Origin: Takakia lepidozioides
Lineage: Eukaryota > Plantae > Bryophyta
Length of the DNA: 64,000 bases
Direction: 5' to 3'
Assembly (NCBI GenBank): GCA_030704615.1
Contig: CM060731.1
Location: forward strand, 16,492,001 to 16,556,000
Shown here: positions 60,025-64,000 of the stretch, in pieces
Numbering within the stretch: position 1 is the stretch's first letter
Layout: every line of letters begins with the position of its first letter
Made by a program: the position numbers and the translations under genes
Notes under the pieces: model-generated
Databases searched by the model: none
Seen by the model: only the letters and a program-made list of their open reading frames with translations
Told to the model about the DNA's origin: nothing

Positions 60025-63000
60025 TCAGGCAGGAGAAGTTTGTCTCTCAAAGCTACCTTGAAGCAGATCTTTCTGAAACTGAGCAGCATGCACTTCTAAA
60101 ACAGCAAGTTCTTGGTGCAACATTTGCACCCGAACTTCTGCCATAGCTATCTCTTCCTTCACACAGCGCACCCGTTGCACCAACCAAGCCACAGTTTCAA
60201 CCCCAATGGAACCCCCATAGCAGGTCCCTGAGTCTGGCACTGGGGTGCTGGGGAACCTGACAGGAACAAACTGCACTCTTGGAGACCACAGAAGAGTGAT
60301 CATAATACTCACCTGTACACACCACAGTACGGATATCGTTGGGAAGGAAGCCATCTTCACCAAAGTGAATTTGCAACTAAATAACAATGACACATAAGAA
60401 ATTGCACAACAGAAATCACATACAACAAAGCAGGGTATACCTGCATGAGAACAATGATGACAGCAATCAATATGAACAAGACCAGCTTGAGCTGCTTTCC
60501 CCCAATTTTGAAATGACCTTTCTCCCATAGTCGTTGTGAGGACATTAACATATTCTTGAACCCTTTCCTTGCCAACACAGGCACCCCTTGCAACTGATCT
60601 TGCCGTTGGGAAGACTCCTGCACAGTGATTTGAGAAACCCTGGCATGCATGGTTGCGTCCTCACCCACATCCCTGGCACTGTGGAAGTCGTTGCCAAAAA
60701 TTGTGGGGTTTTCTGAATGCTCTGATTCTTGATCCCTCCGGAATTCATCTTCCTCACACTCTACTGGTAATCTCCCATAACCTGCTCAAGTCAGACGCCC
60801 ATCAAGGCCTTGTGCACGTAGAGAGAAATAGAAAAGTCTTCCACCATGCAACTGATAAATGGAATATCTGTATTGAAAGGATAACTCTATTGGATCCTCT
60901 GATGACTTGAGGCTAGAGTGTATGTATGCCTGTGTGGTTTCAAGACATTGGTATTCCGCACAAAAGAGTAGATTCATTTCAACACTTTCAAACTAGACGG
61001 ATACCAATTAGCCCACTCTTTCCCAGCCCAGCCATGCCTAAAGCCACTCCTCAGACAGAAAGTGATCCAGAAAGACGATACCATTATGGTTCAGTAACCT
61101 TGGTGAGACTTACCAGTCTCCAGGCTCCCTACGGATGTAGGCTCGTCTCCCTCGTGGTGATTGGCTGCCATAGCTTTCATCTCTCGCAGAACTGAGTGTG
61201 CCTGAAAGAGTTGTAGTGGAGGTTTATGAACTCAACAGAAGAGAGAAAAACAGACAGACATAGACAGAGATAGCAAGCCTCAAAAAAGCTTGCTGCCTCC
61301 TTTCCCAAAATCCCCAGAGTCCTCTTAGGCAGTCTAATGCCATTCAGTACCCATGGAAGATGTTAATCCTTACAGAGTTGTCTACAACTTTGGCTAGGTA
61401 ACTTCAAGATCAATAAACAACTGTTTACACCACACAAAATCTTGAAGGCATGTGCTGCAGAATGAGCAGGTCAAGCTCGGACTTGGTTACTTCTGGAACA
61501 GAGCTTGGGACATCGTAAGATGAATCAGTCAGGTGCTTCTGTCAGTGGCAGCTGTAATCAGCACTAGATCAGTCCTTTGAGCTTTGGGTTGGTCATCAGT
61601 TCGTTTGCTTTTCAACCTTGTTTATCTGTTTGACTTTAATCCCTTGCTCTCTTCTCTGGTTTCTTCCTTTCAGCAGGAACGTAGGGACCCCCCTAGAGTT
61701 GGTAGAATCTTGGTTCCCTTGTCCACTAAAGGATTCTTGATGCTGACCCAGTTTCTTTGGTGTCAATATTGCGATATGGATTGTGGTTTCACTCATGAAG
61801 TTTGCTTTGGATGTGGCCGGATGTGGCCCCTTTCCCTGCATCTCTGTATTATGATATAGAAAGAGGATCTGTGGCTTGTGGACCTCCAAGACACCCACAA
61901 GCAATATTCTGTGATTGCATGCACTTCAGCAGATTCACAGAGTGTAGCAGTGGTTCGCTGCCAATATCAAACCTGATGCCAAACGACCGTCAACCCAAGT
62001 ATCTGGGCTGTAATAATTCCATGCAGGTTATTCTTAAGACTGCCACATGAATGTTCTTTTCATTTCTTGCTCTGGACTGGTATATTACAAACGAGATACT
62101 AGCTGTGATTGCAGAAAACCTGCTGGGACGGGGAAATCCGTACCGAGTGAATCCAAGTAGCGTAAGCCACTTTACTCTCATCAAAAGTGGTTTGCTCAAT
62201 CTTGCCTGCAAAAGACCACATGAGGTTAGATTGAATATGCATGTCCTTTCACTTGATGGCAGTAATCACACCAACATCAGACCAGCATGATCAACTTTGC
62301 AGTTAGCAAGATGTGACATTTTCTGTACCCAGACAGTGCTTAGTTACCCGGGTTGACCAGAAGAGACTGTGACGCCTCTGTCATCGTGATTGAGCTAGTT
62401 CCATGCAGGGGAGACCGGCCGCTCAGGCTCAGGCTCAGGCTCAGGCTCAGCTTCCCGAGGCTCAGGCTCTTGTGCAGGTCTCTTATGAAAGAAACTTTTA
62501 CCTCCAGGGAAACTTTTACCTCCACTGTTACAGCAGGCCTGCTGTTACCCCACAAGAGCTAAAAACCTAAAATGAAAGGCAGAAAGTTTAACGTCCATGT
62601 ATGTAGGAAAATTAATCAACTAATTAACTAAGAATCAACAATATGGCCTGAAGGGAGGGTATACCTTTGTAACTCTGAAGGTAGTTTCAGAACCATTTCT
62701 CCAAAAACAGCCCTGATGTAGAAAATTGATGTAATGATGTGTTGACGAATACTTTCCTAGAGGCAGTGCCCCTGAATGTTTGGGGAGCCATCCCGGCAAT
62801 GCTACAGATATAAAAAGTTCAATAACAAGTAAAAATAATCAGCAACAACTTGGGAGTTTATGAAAGAGACACTCACTTTTCCAAAGGGTCTTTTTCATAA
62901 ATGGCACACTGAGAGAAATGCGAACAAAACAGTGGCACCGGCCTCTGCCAAACAATCTCTGCACGTCCCATCGTACCTGCATGTCCATCATGTTGAAGCC

Positions 63001-63480
63001 ATGTGATATTCTCCTTTATCATCTTTGATACATCCTAGCTTGCAGAAGATCCTTCCACAAAGATGTGGCATTCCAGATCTTTTTCATTTAATGCTGAATG
63101 AAGTATGAACTCACTTTGAACATTTGCCTGTCGGTACAGAAAAAGGTTTGTGACATTAAATGACAACTTTTCACAATGGCACAATGCACACCCTTCATCT
63201 GTACAGACATCCTGCTCCTGGTTGGGGACTGGCTACCAGACAAAATCGTGAAATTGTTTCTTCAAGAAGCTGCATACAATAGATCCTCAGATTACCGAAT
63301 GTTCAACTCCATGTACACACATTGATTGCTGCCCAATGGAGCACTTACAGAAACATGAAAAGCTAAAAAAATTCCTACAATCTTGTGTCCTTAGCCAATC
63401 ATGTGCACGTACCTCAACCCGAAAGTAGTCACCATAGGGGATATCAGTCATCTGCTGTGATGTCTCCAGAACCAGGTGAC
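60025..63480 (-). CDS. VASt-domain membrane protein (VAD1-like), 3' exons; 5' part outside the window
   Basis: Exons approx. 63479-63413 (HLVLETSQQMTDIPYGDYFRVE), 62976-62877 (VRWDV..SVPFMKKTLWK), 62205-62143 (KIEQTTFDESKVAYATWIHS), 61201-61112 (AHSVLREMK), 60781-60441 (TM LVLFILIAVIIVLMQ) and 60312-60025 (coiled coil VAWLVQRVRCVKEEIAMAEVRV). Confidence 0.82.
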
Positions 63481-64000
63481 TTCGACACATACAACAATCC
63501 AAAAGACAAACCTTAAGGAACAGCTTTTCTAGCATATGACTGTCTGATGATTTGACTCTGGAACTGAAACTGTCTGTACTGTATGTGCGTCTGTCTGAAT
63601 TCTGGATGTACAAACATGAGAATATCAGCTGTCTGATCATACTAATAATCTTAACACAATAAACACATCTGGACCAACAACAATTTCATGAAAAAATGAC
63701 GGATAGAGAGATAAAGTAAGCAGCAAAACTTAGCTTACATACTTTGAGTTATTAGGCAATTTCAGTTTAGGGATCCTGGAGTATGATTGAAAATACCAGA
63801 AATTTCAGATTGGAGTATTGTGAAACCACACCTAACTGATCAAGGAACAGAAAGGTTTTAAACAGTGATCCAAGCTTTGGGAAAGAATGTTACTCTACAG
63901 CAAGATATTCAAGAGCAGATAGATGAGCAATACTTGTTACGGTAGACACGAAACCGTTGTGCCTCATGACAGTAAGTTGATTTTGGCCCTGGTAAACAAA

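Noticed and set aside
60786-60788. Apparent premature TGA in the VAD1-like gene
   Set aside because: An in-phase acceptor (ctgacttgagcag|gttat) just downstream excludes the stop, so the gene need not be a pseudogene.
62340-62720. Exon-like (EP)n-encoding segment inside a VAD1-like intron
   Set aside because: Contains stops and is not needed for the in-frame VASt gene model; treated as a GGCTCA microsatellite or unassigned relic.

Overview
Eukaryotic, intron-containing land-plant nuclear DNA. It is probably a bryophyte: there is a bryophyte-type 5S rRNA copy, PLS-class PPR genes and TTTAGGG motifs. The window has four parts. (1) 1-19 kb is a nest of decayed transposons. It holds a beta-class amino (N6A/N4C-type) DNA-methyltransferase-like gene bounded by a transposon terminus, a GCM-finger Mutator-like transposase, a CACTA transposase with an adjacent SET-domain gene, and an L1-type LINE. 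The LINE is interrupted by a 1.5 kb TIR element that shares termini with the methyltransferase element and carries arrays of palindromic motifs. (2) 24.6-37.7 kb has a 799-aa PLS-PPR ORF head-to-head with an apparently intact 10-exon CRR1 (DapB-like) gene. The 5.5 kb fifth intron of CRR1 is filled with gene relics (PPR, 5S rRNA, SEN1-like helicase, OSB PDF motifs). (3) 41.6-58.4 kb is a recent ~16.8 kb inverted duplication whose apex is a ~133 bp hairpin with a telomere-repeat loop. It duplicates TTM3 (CYTH) and PDRG1-like genes plus an antisense gene relic nested in the TTM3 intron, and carries secondary inversion and deletions. (4) 60-63.5 kb is the 3' part of a VASt-domain (VAD1-like) gene. 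The best candidate for an undescribed system is DNA transposons carrying their own epigenetic writers (an amino-DNA methyltransferase and a SET domain). All identifications come from manual motif recognition; no database search was run.
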